Assembly (NCBI RefSeq): GCF_001194135.2
Contig: NC_068993.1
Location: 3,014,315-3,078,314 of the forward strand
DNA length: 64,000 nt
Direction: 5' to 3'
Origin: Octopus bimaculoides
Lineage: Eukaryota
The notes beneath the pieces are model-generated. The model had not been told where the DNA came from and ran no database searches. It was given only the letters and a program-made list of their open reading frames with translations. The position numbers and the translations under genes are program-made. Below, in pieces: positions 38,396 through 51,530 of this stretch. How positions within the stretch are numbered: the stretch's first letter is position 1; each line of letters begins with the position of its first letter.

Positions 38396-39304
38396 NNNNN
38401 NNNNNNNNNNNNNNNNNNNNNNNNNNNNNNNNNNNNNNNNNNNNNNNNNNNNNNNNNNNNNNNNNNNNNNNNNNNNNNNNNNNNNNNNNNNNNNNNNNNN
38501 NNNNNNNNNNNNNNNNNNNNNNNNNNNNNNNNNNNNNNNNNNNNNNNNNNNNNNNNNNNNNNNNNNNNNNNNNNNNNNNNNNNNNNNNNNNNNNNNNNNN
38601 NNNNNNNNNNNNNNNNNNNNNNNNNNNNNNNNNNNNNNNNNNNNNNNNNNNNNNNNNNNNNNNNNNNNNNNNNNNNNNNNNNNNNNNNNNNNNNNNNNNN
38701 NNNNNNNNNNNNNNNNNNNNNNNNNNNNNNNNNNNNNNNNNNNNNNNNNNNNNNNNNNNNNNNNNNNNNNNNNNNNNNNNNNNNNNNNNNNNNNNNNNNN
38801 NNNNNNNNNNNNNNNNNNNNNNNNNNNNNNNNNNNNNNNNNNNNNNNNNNNNNNNNNNNNNNNNNNNNNNNNNNNNNNNNNNNNNNNNNNNNNNNNNNNN
38901 NNNNNNNNNNNNNNNNNNNNNNNNNNNNNNNNNNNNNNNNNNNNNNNNNNNNNNNNNNNNNNNNNNNNNNNNNNNNNNNNNNNNNNNNNNNNNNNNNNNN
39001 NNNNNNNNNNNNNNNNNNNNNNNNNNNNNNNNNNNNNNNNNNNNNNNNNNNNNNNNNNNNNNNNNNNNNNNNNNNNNNNNNNNNNNNNNNNNNNNNNNNN
39101 NNNNNNNNNNNNNNNNNNNNNNNNNNNNNNNNNNNNNNNNNNNNNNNNNNNNNNNNNNNNNNNNNNNNNNNNNNNNNNNNNNNNNNNNNNNNNNNNNNNN
39201 NNNNNNNNNNNNNNNNNNNNNNNNNNNNNNNNNNNNNNNNNNNNNNNNNNNNNNNNNNNNNNNNNNNNNNNNNNNNNNNNNNNNNNNNNNNNNNNNNNNN
39301 NNNN
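38396..39304. other. Assembly gap (N run), the largest of about a dozen
   Basis: N characters. Other gaps lie near 6333, 12028, 13510, 14212, 18483, 25066, 45617 and 47657. Confidence 0.99.
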
Positions 39305-39894
39305 TTATTACAACAATTGATGAAAAGAGATTTCTAATGAAAATATGATAGATATATTTGCCCAGAAAAATCGAAAAAATGAATTAATTTAGAAATTTAT
39401 TGCATGCCCAACCCCGGAAGTCACCACACGCCACTGCAGGATGCATACGACTCATGTGGAGCAAAGTATGGCTGAACTTGGGTTCTTAAGGAAAGGATGC
39501 TAATCCTTAATTTAAACACAGCAAATGATCACAAAATCTGCCTTCTTTAAAATTTAAAAGACGATAAACAAATCAAGATGTTTTCTTTTGCAACCTTGCT
39601 ACCAAGCAGATGGCCAGTCAAATTTACTCTTAATTAAAAAGTTAAAGAGAACATACATACAGGAGGATGATGATGGTGGTGGTGATGACGACGACAATGA
39701 TGATGATTATGATGATAAAGATGATGATGACGACGATAATGATGAAGTTGGCGAAGATGTCAATATGGGTGACAACAACGATAAATGTGAACATGAATAA
39801 CAATTACTGTAAACCAAACATAACAAAGTTATATTGAACTATTTCAATATACAAGCGTCAAGAAAGTTAGTTAAATGATAAATGTGTAAGTGTA

Positions 39895-39979
<85 letters not shown>

Positions 39980-40744
39980 GCAAATTTACATAAATGTATA
40001 AATACTTACATTCCATACTTATGTATCAATATATATACCTATATATGCATAACCATTTATGTATGAATCTGTTTATATATTTATATATTTATACACCACT
40101 ATTGAATTAATTTAATATAAAATCACTCGAGATAGTATATGAAAAAATATTAACTGTGATACGTATATTATTACAAAGAATTCAATTCATTATAACTTGA
40201 ATTAAATTTTTATTAGATTCAAATCCACGATTTAATTCACAATATACATTTAAATGAGATTTAACATTGAATTACCTACAAAATATTGAAGTTTGTGTAT
40301 TATAATCGTTTAAATGTTAAATCCATTAAACTGAAAATTGCATAAAACAAAAAAAGTTTCTTTAATAAGTTTAAAATCTAATGTAATTTATTTTGTTATC
40401 AATATACATTAACTAGAAACAGTTTGCAAGAAAAGACATTACATAGGGAGTGAAAAAAAATCTGACAACGCAGAAACATTTTGTTGGATCTTGAGTAACG
40501 TAATGAAAGATAAGTTTATGATTATGCAGTAACTGTGTATAAATGTGGAACATGTAAAATAATTGATAATGGAGGTATGGAAGAAGATGAACTGTTTCTC
40601 AGTAACGACTACACCAAATCAAGAGGTGCATGATTATGGTGGATGAGACCTGAAAAGGTTGGAAACTGCTAAAGTTTTTGATTTGCAGGGTCATTACAGA
40701 GGATAATTTGTATATGAATGCATGAAAGAGATAGATAAATAGAC

Positions 40745-40793
<49 letters not shown>

Positions 40794-41934
40794 TATATCT
40801 GTCTATTTATCTTGATGTTGGGTGTATGGATAGGAAGTTCATTTTGCTCTCACATGGTTTCAGGTTCAATTGCAGTACACAGCAACATCGGCAAGGGTCT
40901 TCTTCAGTTGCTGAAAACCCTAGCTTATTCAGACTGTCAATTAGGCATTTACTTACAAATCCAAGTGTGCCAATCATTATTGGTCTAAATGTAAAGCTCT
41001 ATTCTAGATATAGAAGTTGAAGGTTTCAAAACAGTTGTACATACACATGAACATACATATGTATGTACATACATATGAATGCATGACTGTGTGTATGTAT
41101 ATATATTTCTGCACACAGAAATAAATGCATCTCTGTAGGTGAGAGTAACTGACAGTGAACAATGCAATCGATGTAATTCAAAATAATAGCAAAGAGAAGT
41201 GTGTGGTATTCGCTGTTGCAGCATATGGAACATGGAGGTATTTAATGCTAGTTTATGCATATGTATTTTTTAAAAAATGGCCAACGTTCTTAGCCTAAGC
41301 TGTTTAAAAGACTAGGAAGAAAATAAGAAGATATATAGAAAAGAGAAATTGTAAGTTAAAATAACAGGAAACATAGCGTAAAAGACTTCTGTTGTTTGGA
41401 AATACAACTTAGAATATAAAAGGTTAGGTGAAAAAATTTACAAATAAGTCAAAATATATATATGTGCATATGTGTGTGTGTGTGTACATACATACATACG
41501 TATGTATGTATGCATGTTTGTTATGTATATGTGTATGGCCTACTAAAACCAGGCTATATGCACCTACTAAAATTTTGTGTATTGTATTGAATCAGTTTTA
41601 GTTTGTTTTATTTAGTATTTATTCTCATTTCTATTGCATCGAGATTCTTCAGTTTGCTCGATACCGTATGTAATTAGTATAAAAACTGATTACATTTAAA
41701 TGTAATATATATATATATATACAAGTATACATATACCTATGTATGTACATCTATATATTCATATCTATCTATTTATCAGTTTCTCTCTTTCTCATGTATA
41801 TACATACATATATGCATGTATATATGTATATAGTTGAAATTCAGAGTAGCAAAGTACTGACTCAATCAAAATGAAATATGAATCTTTACCCTGGTGTTGA
41901 ATCAAGATTAAACTCAAAATGTAAATTGTAGTTG

Positions 41935-42298
41935 TGACCGATGCCAGTGCCACCTGACTGGCACCTGTGCTGGTGGCACGTAAGAAGCACCATTCAAGCG
42001 TGGGTCGATGCCAGAGCTACCTGACTGGCTCCCCGTGTCGGTGGTATGTAAAAAAGCACCGTCTGAATGTAGTTGATGCCAGTGCCAGCTCACTGGCTCC
42101 TGTGCTGGTGGTACGTAAAAAGCACTCACTACACTCTTGGAGTGGTTGGTGTTAGGAAGGACAACCAGCTGTTGAAACCTTGCCAAGTCAGATTGGAGCC
42201 TGGTGCAGCCTCCCAGTTTGCCACTCCCCAGTCAATCCGTCCAACTCATGCCAACATAGAAAACGAACGTTAGACGATGATGATGATGATGATGATGA
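41935..42298 (+). mobile_element. RTE-type 3' UTR with three tandem ~66-bp modules and a (GAT)n tail
   Basis: GATGCCAG...ACTGGC...GGTGG.A.GTAA.AAGCAC occurs three times before CACTACACTCTTGGAGTGGTTGGTGTTAGGAAGGAC. Confidence 0.8.
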
Positions 42299-43169
42299 TA
42301 TATATATATATATATATATATATGCTTTATTATAGAAGAAACTCACTAATATATTAAGTGCCGCTGCCACCGCCACCATCACCACCACCAATGCTGCTGT
42401 GTTCACCATCATCATCATCATCATCACTATCATCATCAGCAGCAACATCATAACAACCATTAGTTTCAATGTTCGTTTAGCACCAATCCACACTTCCACC
42501 ACCACCACTACAAACACCAACAACAACCAAAAGTACACCTACACCCCCATGTTGTTGGCTGTTGTTATTATTATTATCTGTGACATTGCCCCCCCCCATA
42601 CTTCCATCAGTCCCACCCACACCCTTGTAATTATCGATTTGTCATGAAGCATCACTCACCATTCACTGTTTAATGGGAAAGTCATGTCATTAAGCCACCA
42701 CCACCACCATCTCCCCACCACATCACCCCCACCATTCTTACCTTTCTACCACCATTACCAGAATCACCAACACACCCACCATCATACATGCCCCACCCCC
42801 ATGCCGCCATCCTTCCACCATCATCATCATTAGCATTTTACTATCATCATCATCCTCATAAACATCATTACCCTGCTGCATGTCAATACCATGCAACCAT
42901 CCTACCACTGCACCATCACCACCACCACCATCTTTGTACTACCATCCCTCACACCATCGTCACCACCAGGCACCAGTACCATACTGCCACCTTAGTACAA
43001 CACCACCACTGCCAACGCCTCTGCCAAGTTTTGTACATATTAACAGAGGAAGCCTCTATGTAGTAAAGTGATATGTTAGAAATAACAACTCAATTCCTTT
43101 AAATCCCATTACAATTTTTTAAGAGCATATTGAATGATCAAGTCCCAGGCACAGTGAATGTGAATAAAT

Positions 43170-43400
43170 GACACAAAGAGAGTAAAGGACAAGGAAATTG
43201 GTAAAAGGTCTGGAGGATAGAGGGTCCAGAGAAAATGGTAAAACTCATGAAGGAACTATATGTAAAGGCATACATAACGTATTTTCTGCCATACAATAAT
43301 GGGGCAAATATTTCCAAATCCTGCTGCATTTCACATAGAATTTCAGGTCCCTGATGTTTAAATTGACCTGTCTTCTTTTGGCTATAGATTTTGATCGAAA
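43170..43400 (+). pseudogene. Possible decayed non-LTR RT fragment
   Basis: W*KVWRIEGPEKMVKLMKELY...NNGANISK weakly resembles LW..L...G.P.K.V.L...LY...NG..S..F. Confidence 0.3.
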
Positions 43401-43519
43401 AACTTTGTATATCAGAAAACACAGCTCACACCTTACACATTGCTTGAGAGGTTTTTGTTGTTGTCTAAGTTTATCAAGGTGATTTAAGACGAAGTGCTTT
43501 CAAGTATACTTTTTTCTTT

Positions 43520-43731
43520 CTCCTTTCTATTATCTTGTTTGTTGTTAACACAACGTTTCGGCTGATATACCCTCCAGCCTTCATCAGGTGTCTTGGGGAA
43601 ATTTTCGAACCTGGGTTCTCATTCCTAAGGTATTTTTCATTGTTATTATGATTATTTTCAGGTCACTGCTTGGAATCGATCTCGGAATCTTGGGGTTAGT
43701 AGCCCATGCTCTTAACCACTATGCCATATGC
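43520..43731 (-). mobile_element. tRNA-headed SINE with a hammerhead-ribozyme-containing (Penelope-like) tail
   Basis: A box TGGCATAGTGG, anticodon-like arm GGG-CTACTAA-CCC, B-box-like GAGATCGATTCC, AAT-rich linker, then a hammerhead core and AAC-rich end. Confidence 0.75.
43547..43593 (-). ncRNA. Minimal type I hammerhead ribozyme motif
   Basis: AGACAC-CUGAUGA-A-GGCUG(GAGGGUAUAU)CAGCC-GAAAC-GUU-GUGUU. It has stem I GACAC/GUGUU, a 5-bp stem II, the complete core and a loop-less palindromic stem III (AACGUU). Confidence 0.7.
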
Positions 43732-43732
43732 C

Positions 43733-43859
43733 CATGGGCTGCTAACCCCAAGATTCCGAATTCAATTCCAGGCAGTGACCTGAATAATAATAATAACAAC
43801 ATCGAAAAATACCTTAGGAATGAGAACCAAAGTTCGAAATTTCCCCAAGTCACCTGATG
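43733..43859 (+). mobile_element. Inverted partial copy of the same SINE (no A box, ends inside the hammerhead core at CACCTGATG)
   Basis: Reverse complement of 43582-43708 with scattered mismatches, separated by a 24-nt spacer. Confidence 0.85.
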
Positions 43860-44231
43860 GAAAGTGCTGCCCATCTCAAGTTCATCTGTCTGACAGCCAG
43901 CACCTTGTCTGTGTGTATATACATGTGTACATATGAGTGTGTGTATGTTAGGATGGATGCATGCAGACATACATGTATGCACACATATAAATCTGCTTAT
44001 GCAGCTATCAATGCATCTATCCATCTACATGTCTCTCATCATATCATTCACAAAATCTACCTGACTTCATTGATACCTCTCCCTTTCTCTCTTCACACAC
44101 ACAAGCATTCATACATACACACATACATGCATACAAGACAGGGTAGAAATATAGTCAAGTAGACTACAGTAATACCCTGTATGTGTGTGTGTGTGTGGTC
44201 ATACACGTGCATACACAAGCACCCGACATAC

Positions 44232-44402
44232 ACCCAGTGTGCCTGTTATGAGCGGATCTTCATATGAGCATAACTGAAGATTGTGACTAAAGAATGCTCC
44301 ATAATGTCTTTTGTTAAGAACCATTCCAGGGTTGAAGAAAGGTCTGGGAGTCGGGAATAAAGGACAGACTGCACTAATACAAAACTCTTCATTATACACA
44401 CT
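44232..44402 (-). CDS. Possible 171-nt phase 0-0 exon (SVYNEEFCISAVCPLFPTPRPFFNPGMVLNKRHYGAFFSHNLQLCSYEDPLITGTLG)
   Basis: GC-richer unique island between microsatellites, CATACCAG acceptor (weak pyrimidine tract), GT|GTATGT donor, 57 open codons. No homology recognised. Confidence 0.22.
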
Positions 44403-44459
44403 CTGGTATGAGTATATAGACACACACATGTATGTAGACACGTTCAGACACACAACGAA

Positions 44460-44521
<62 letters not shown>

Positions 44522-46514
44522 GCATACATACATACTTTCATACATACATATGATATATAATAATAGAAAAAGGCATAAAATGAATAAAAAAACGATTATG
44601 TAGAAAAAGAAGATATAGTTGAAGCAAGAGAGAAAGAAAGGAGGAGGAGGAGAAGAAGAAGAATGAAGAGGAAGAAGAAAAAACAGAAGGATGAGAACAT
44701 GAAAAATAAGAAGCAGAACGATGAAGGAAAGAGATGCAGATGGAGAAGATAGGAGGAATGATGAGAAGTTGTATGAAGATTAAATGAAGAAGCCAAAGCA
44801 AAGAAAATGGTGATTCCGTTGTGAAGCAATCATGTTGCTGTTGTTGTTGTTGTTGGAAGAAAATCTGAAGAATTTTGACAAGTATATGCACTCACATGAA
44901 CCCTAGTCATATTGACTGTAAATATTATAATGGCATCACCAAATTTTCTTTACTTTTATTCCAAATTCCATATTTCTTTATATTTCATTGATTTTTATGT
45001 TTAACATGCACAAACACACATGTATCTATATTTGTGTGTGTATATATGTATATATATTATATGCACATATATATATATATGTATGCATACATATATATAT
45101 ATATATTTATATATATATGCATATATAGGTATGTATATATGTATACATATATATATGCACGTATATGTATGCATTTGTCTGTCTGTCTGTCTATCTATCA
45201 GTCTGTTTGTCAGTCTGCCTGTCTACCTATATATCTATCTATCTCTGTCTTTCTCTCTCTCTTTCCCTCTCTCTATCCCTCTCTCTCTCCCTCTCTCTCT
45301 CTCTATCTGCCTATGTCTGCCTTTCTGTCTATTTGTCTATCAATCTATCTATACCCACACACATATTTGCAAGTGAGTATGTTTACATATATATATATAT
45401 ATATTTATATATGTACACATTTAACTGTCTATGCGTATGCATGTGTGTGTGTGAGTGCACATGTAAAGGCATTTAAGCGTTGCATGTGTGTATATGATTT
45501 CTAACTAGACTATTCTACACGAAGAATGCATAAAAAAGAATAAATATAATTGATGTCTTTAGAAATCAATGACAGAGGCTGAGATGGACATTTTCAGCAG
45601 GACGGGGTAGGGTGGNNNNNNNNNNNNNNNNNNNNNNNNNNNNNNNNNNNNNNNNNNNNNNNNNNNNNNNNNNNNNNNNNNNNNNNNNNNNNNNNNNNNN
45701 NNNNNNNNNNNNNNNNNNNNNNNNNNNNNNNNNNNNNNNNNNNNNNNNNNNNNNNNNNNNNNNNNNNNNNNNNNNNNNNNNNNNNNNNNNNNNNNNNNNN
45801 NNNNNNNNNNNNNNNNNNNNNNNNNNNNNNNNNNNNNNNNNNNNNNNNNNNNNNNNNNNNNNNNNNNNNNNNNNNNNNNNNNNNNNNNNNNNNNNNNNNN
45901 NNNNNNNNNNNNNNNNNNNNNNNNNNNNNNNNNNNNNNNNNNNNNNNNNNNNNNNNNNNNNNNNNNNNGGATAGGAATGGATCCGGATGGTATAATGCGG
46001 TGGTGTATAGCAATTGTCTATGATCGTGGTGTGGCAATGTGTTGCGATGTAGCGAGATGGTGGAATGATGTAAAGTGATGTGAGAGAGTACGGTGTAGCA
46101 GTGATGGGTAGAGAGTGCAGTGGCCTGGGGTGAGGCGCAGTCGCAGGGGTAGTAGTGTTGGGGTGTTGTGGTAATGTGATGGGAAAAATAGTGGTTTTCG
46201 TGTAGTTCTGTGGTGGTGGAGGTCTTGGTGTGTGTGCAATTGTAAACTGGTGCATATAATGCAGATGAATATAATAGCAAATGTGGGTGGGGACGTAGCT
46301 AGGTAAGTTGGTAAGATGGCATGATGATGATGATGATGAAGAGGAGGAGGAGGATGATAAGCTTTATGATCATCATCAGTATCATCTTCATCATCATTGT
46401 TGTCATCACCATCATCGTTGCGGTCATTGTCATCATCATCATCATCATCATCATCCTCTTTCTCGTCCCCCTCAACATCAATGTAGTTGAGCGTATGAGG
46501 GCACCTTTATGGGA

Positions 46515-46693
46515 TTGCTCAGCATTCTAGAAACCACAGCCAAATTTCCCTCGGACCACCCTCTCCCATCTTGAAAAAAGTGAAGCCATTGGATCATGCA
46601 GTCTCAAATACACAATGCCTGAAATAAAAATGAGATGATCATATTCAAAACCATGACCAGGGTTGACCTGGTGTTAAACAACAACAACAACAA
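46515..46693 (+). mobile_element. Short interspersed repeat ending in (AAC)n
   Basis: CTAGAAACCACAGCCAAATTTCCCTC...GGGTTGACCTGGTGTTAAACAACAAC. Related pieces lie at ~4680-4830, ~16810-17085 (minus), ~19935-19997 and ~49980-50070 (minus). Confidence 0.6.
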
Positions 46694-47728
46694 TGGAAGG
46701 AAGTTTTAGTGAGTATGGAATCTTAACAGTAAAGTTGGGCCTACAGTTGCCATGGTTACTGTCTAAGCCTCAATCAGTTCATACACAGCAAATCTACAAT
46801 TAAAGATGTTCGAAACATGACCATCCCACTAATTGTAAGTCATTTGTGTTTTATTTATTCATTTTCTTTTTAACTTTTAAGACACTTCTTTGTGATTGGT
46901 TGCATGTCACATGACTGTATGGATGTGGAATATCATTGGTTCGTTAACGATAATTATTTCTGTTGTTAACAGTCCTAACAAGATTGGTTGCTGTGATGAC
47001 AGGGATATCAATGATTATGATGATGATGGTGGTGGTGGTGGTGATGATTGTGATAGTGGTGGTGATTGTGATGATGATAAAAATGTGGAGAGGAGGAGAT
47101 AGAGGAAAAGGAAAGGAGCAGGATGAAAGAAATGAGGATCCCTGTTGAGATGATGATGATGATGGTGGTGGGGTGGGACGAAAGTGACCAATTGTGATAT
47201 TGAGAGAAGCTTCAGTGTATTTGGTGACAAAGAAAATGAAGATGGCAATGAAGGGGGAGGAGGAGGAGAGAGAGGTAGCAGAGGAAGAGAAGAGGAGGAG
47301 AGAGGTAGAAAAGGCAGAGGGAGGAGGAGGAAGAGGAGAGAGTAGTATGCTCTTTAGAAACAGTTTTGTTTGACAACAAAGATGGTTGGTGATTTTATCT
47401 GTAGAATTCCAAGAACATGTGAGTGTGTGGCGGGGGGTGGCGGTTAGGATGATACATAATGTGCATAATTTAATCTAGGAGGACTGGGTACATCCTGTAT
47501 AAAGAATCAGCAGTAAAGAGAGGGTGGAGACGCAGGGTGGCACAGGACACCCCATTGGCTGTCTGAATAGATTAGAATTTTGTTAAAGAAGTTTTTGATT
47601 GTAGAAAAGAAATATAATGGAAATCAGTTCTTGAGGAGGTGGTCTGCATACTCAGTNNNNNNNNNNNNNNNNNNNNNNNNNNNNNNNNNNNNNNNNNNNN
47701 NNNNNNNNNNNNNNNNNNNNNNNNNNNN

Positions 47729-47769
<41 letters not shown>

Positions 47770-48340
47770 CTTAATATTGCTTGGGCAACAGCTTGTAGAA
47801 AACAGTTTTGCTTTGCTGCATACATTTTTGCCTTTCATTTGTAGGTTTCCCATTTTACAGTACCATGTCACCTTCAACTCCTAATTGTGTTATTTGTTCC
47901 TCGTATTTACTACTTAGTATAAAGGCAGAACTTCCTCATAAACAATGTTATGTGTGTTTTTCCAGAAGGAGCATAAATGAAAAACAACATGTGAACTTCC
48001 TACTCTTGTACATGTAATATACAGTTACCCATGAGAAAAACACAATATTCTTTGAGTTGTAGATCAAATTTGTTGCTGACATTTATTTAAAGACATGATA
48101 AGAACTGAGTTCTACAGGAAACTGTAGGGTTTTGAATGCAAAAAGTATTTCTGCAATGGAATCAAGAATATTCTGGGTATAAATGCCTCTTCTGCCCCGC
48201 AAAACAACAATCACTTAAAATAGTAGCCTGAAAAATATGAGGCATTATTGCATGTGTTGTACAGATTCTTCACAAAGAATTTAGTGGATTGTCAACATTT
48301 TTGATGTCCTGGATATGCTTGTATATATATATATATATAT

Positions 48341-48645
48341 GCATATATGGGTACAGGATATGACCAACTGTGCAAACAACATGAACTATGTAAACGAATG
48401 AATTCAATATGCAAACAACGAGAGAAAAAATGGAAAACAGGACAAGTAAACATAGAGAAAGGACCTTTCATCAGCTGTCTATCTACTCTGCATTTCGAGC
48501 ATTCATTGACAATATAAGTCAGTTGCTCTCATGAAATCTAAAATAAAATTTAGGATTTATGGATGGTCAAAGCTGGGAACAAAACAGGACTGGGGAGACA
48601 TACAAGGAAACTGAATGAAAACAAACATGAGGGTCGTTAGACCAG
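48341..48645. mobile_element. Second, one-armed copy of the 17.8-18.3 kb element
   Basis: After (TA)n it matches one arm (GCATATATGGGTACAGG...TTCATCAG...TTTCGAGCA...GACAATAT) plus the spacer read from the right arm inward (GAAAACAAACATG.GGGTCGTTAGACCA). Confidence 0.75.
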
Positions 48646-49374
48646 AACGAGAGGAAAATAGTGAATGCTGGGAAATATATTTTCTTTATAAACAGAAAAG
48701 AAAGAAGAGAGAGAAAAAAATATCCAGTCTTTTGAACTTCCATGTCAGAAAAGAGAGATGGTCACATGAGGAAAAGAAAGATGGACGATTGTCAAGGGTG
48801 AGCAATGAGAGAGAGAAAAAGAGAAAGAGGGGAGTGAGAGAGAGAGACACACATAGATAGAAGATGGTGGTGAACTAGATATGCTTAGTGCCAAAAACAT
48901 AAATTAGTGTTCAAATGAATTAGAACTTAAACTCCAAATTCTTCATCCAGGTCAGGTCCAGTGTCAAGACATATAGAAAGATAGATAGATACAGCTACAT
49001 ATATATGTATGTATACACACACACACACACATATGCATACACACATACATATGCACATTCACATACATAGATGCAACTATTGAATATAGCATGCACAATG
49101 CCCAATGATATCCGTTATATTTGGTGATATCACTACATTATACATTCCTCTGTGTGTGTGTTGATGGAAAGATGTAAATATTTATGTACACACTCACACA
49201 CACACACGTATGTGTGTGTGTGTATGTGTACATAAATAGATAGATAGTTAGACAGATTGCTGTACATATATGTATTGATATGTGTGTATTGTTAAATGAA
49301 TATTTATATGCAAAAATATGTGTGTAAATATATATAGACATGTGTATATCTTCAAGTGTGTGTATGCGTGTGCA

Positions 49375-49420
<46 letters not shown>

Positions 49421-50903
49421 GATACTGAATGAATTAAAATTGAAAGGTTTGGCTGATCTTCCTCCTCCTTATATAACATTAGATTCAAAGAAGAAGAAGA
49501 GGAAAACACCTAATTATGATTTAATTTGTCCAGCTCCATATTTCTTGCAGTCATGTAGTCTAAATCTTATAAGTTTTATTAAATTTAGATATTGACTTCT
49601 TATACAATATTTATGGTGTACATTTGAACAATTTGGAAATTCAATTTCCTCCCAAACGAACCGGCTAACTTGGCTGTTATGCAAGTATGAATACCAAGTC
49701 TTCCTTATAATCAAGTCTTGCTAAAGTTTGGTCTGTCTTGTATCTATGATGATGTCTTTTGGTAATTCAAGAACCGCAGACGGCTGAGTCTGTCTAAACA
49801 CTTTAAAGTATTTCATTTTAACTCCCCCTGTATTCTGTGATCAAACTTCGCTGATGTTTAATTTGGTTCTTGACTTCTAGATGTCAATACAATATGGATT
49901 AAACATGTATTTGAATAAATTCAATTGACCGTAATCATAGATGTACACCCTGCGCTGCTATGATGGCTCACATAAATGGAGGTTGTTGTTGTTGTTGCTG
50001 TGTAACCTATATATCAACCCTTGGTCTGTAGAATTAAGATCAATGACATTCCAGATGCGACCATTCCATGTTTCCTTCCTTCCTATATTTATCTTGTCTT
50101 TTAGAAGTTAGTCTTATACTTTATTAGTCATTGGATTGTAACCATGCTGGAGCAACATCAGTTGTGAAGCAGCGGTGGTGGGGGTGGAGGGACAAACAGG
50201 AACACATATTCGACAGGCTTCCACAGTTTCCATCTCCCAAATTTACTCATAAGGCATTACTTAGCTCAGGCCTGTTCTTGAAGGCAAGGTTTCCTGCTAA
50301 GGGATTGAACCTGAAACCTCGTGGCTGCAAAACAAACTTCTTGACCCCACAACCATGCCTTTATCTATATCTTACTATTTCTCAAGGTGGTGAGCTGGCT
50401 GAAACGTTAGCACACCGTTTGAAATGCTTAGCAGTATTTTGTCTGTCTTTATGTTGCTTGAAAATATGTGATGGTTGTTAACAGGAAGGGCATATAGATG
50501 TAGAATAGTCATCTTGAGGAATTCTGTCTGAGTCATAGAAACATGGACATTAAATGATGATGATGATAATGATGTAAAATATAGCTTCAATATTAATAAA
50601 ATATTAAAATTAAATAATTTATCAAGAACTATATTTAATGTATCACCACAAATTAATAAATGTATTTTGGTCGAATATAAATTTAATTTACTTTTAAATT
50701 TAACAAAGAGATAATGAAAACCTTTTGAAGACTATATGATAAAACAAAATATATATGATTGAATATACAACGATACACACACATGCATATGTGCACACAC
50801 ACTCACACATGTACACAAACCCACGCACAAAAACACATACACACATAAACTCACACAATGCATATATCACACTCACACACATTTATGTTTACTGACACTT
50901 CTT

Positions 50904-50951
<48 letters not shown>

Positions 50952-51059
50952 TATAAACATAAATATATTCTCATATATTTAAAATATGCAAACACACACG
51001 TGCAGACAGTCAAACTCTGACACATATATTCAGACTCACATGTACACACACATATGCAT

Positions 51060-51310
51060 GTAGTGGGTGCCTACTACATGTCACCTGCATGTGTGCCTTC
51101 TACATGTCACTGGTACCGGTGCCCCTTATGTGTCTCCAGCACTGGCCATGGCTACGATTTCATTTGTCATCCCCTCCATGAGACTCAACACCTGCAGATC
51201 ATGCTTCTTCACTTCATCCCATGTCCTCCTGGGTCTACTTCTACCACAGGTTCCCTCCACAGTTAGAGATTGGCACTTCTTTACACAGCTGTCCTTGTCC
51301 ATACACATCC
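51060..51310 (-). mobile_element. RTE LINE ORF C-terminus plus the start of the 3' UTR
   Basis: MDKDSCVKKCQSLTVEGTCGRSRPRRTWDEVKKHDLQVLSL matches the RTE terminal pattern V.G.R.RGRP.KTW.E.V..DL..L.L, followed by ...GGCACCCACTACA. Confidence 0.8.
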
Positions 51311-51358
51311 TTTGACCCTACTAGCATACACATCTCTCTTGCACACCAGTCTTGATAT

Positions 51359-51530
51359 ATATCATCATCACCATTTAACATCTGTTGTTCATACTGGCAT
51401 GGGTTGGACGGTTTGACCAGGGCTGGCAAGCAAGAGGGCTGCATCAGACTCCAGTCTGATTTGGCATGGTTCCCATGGCTGGATGCTCTTCCTAATGCTA
51501 ACTACTCCAAGAGTGTAATGGGTGAACAGT
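51359..51530 (-). mobile_element. RTE-type tail copy
   Basis: (CAT)n TTAACATCTGTTGTTCATACTGGCATGGGTTGGACGG...GGCTGGATGCTCTTCCTAATGC. Confidence 0.7.

Noticed and set aside
38385-39320. 311-aa ORF and other X-rich ORFs (25032-25403, 45566-46280)
   Set aside because: Artefacts of N gaps.
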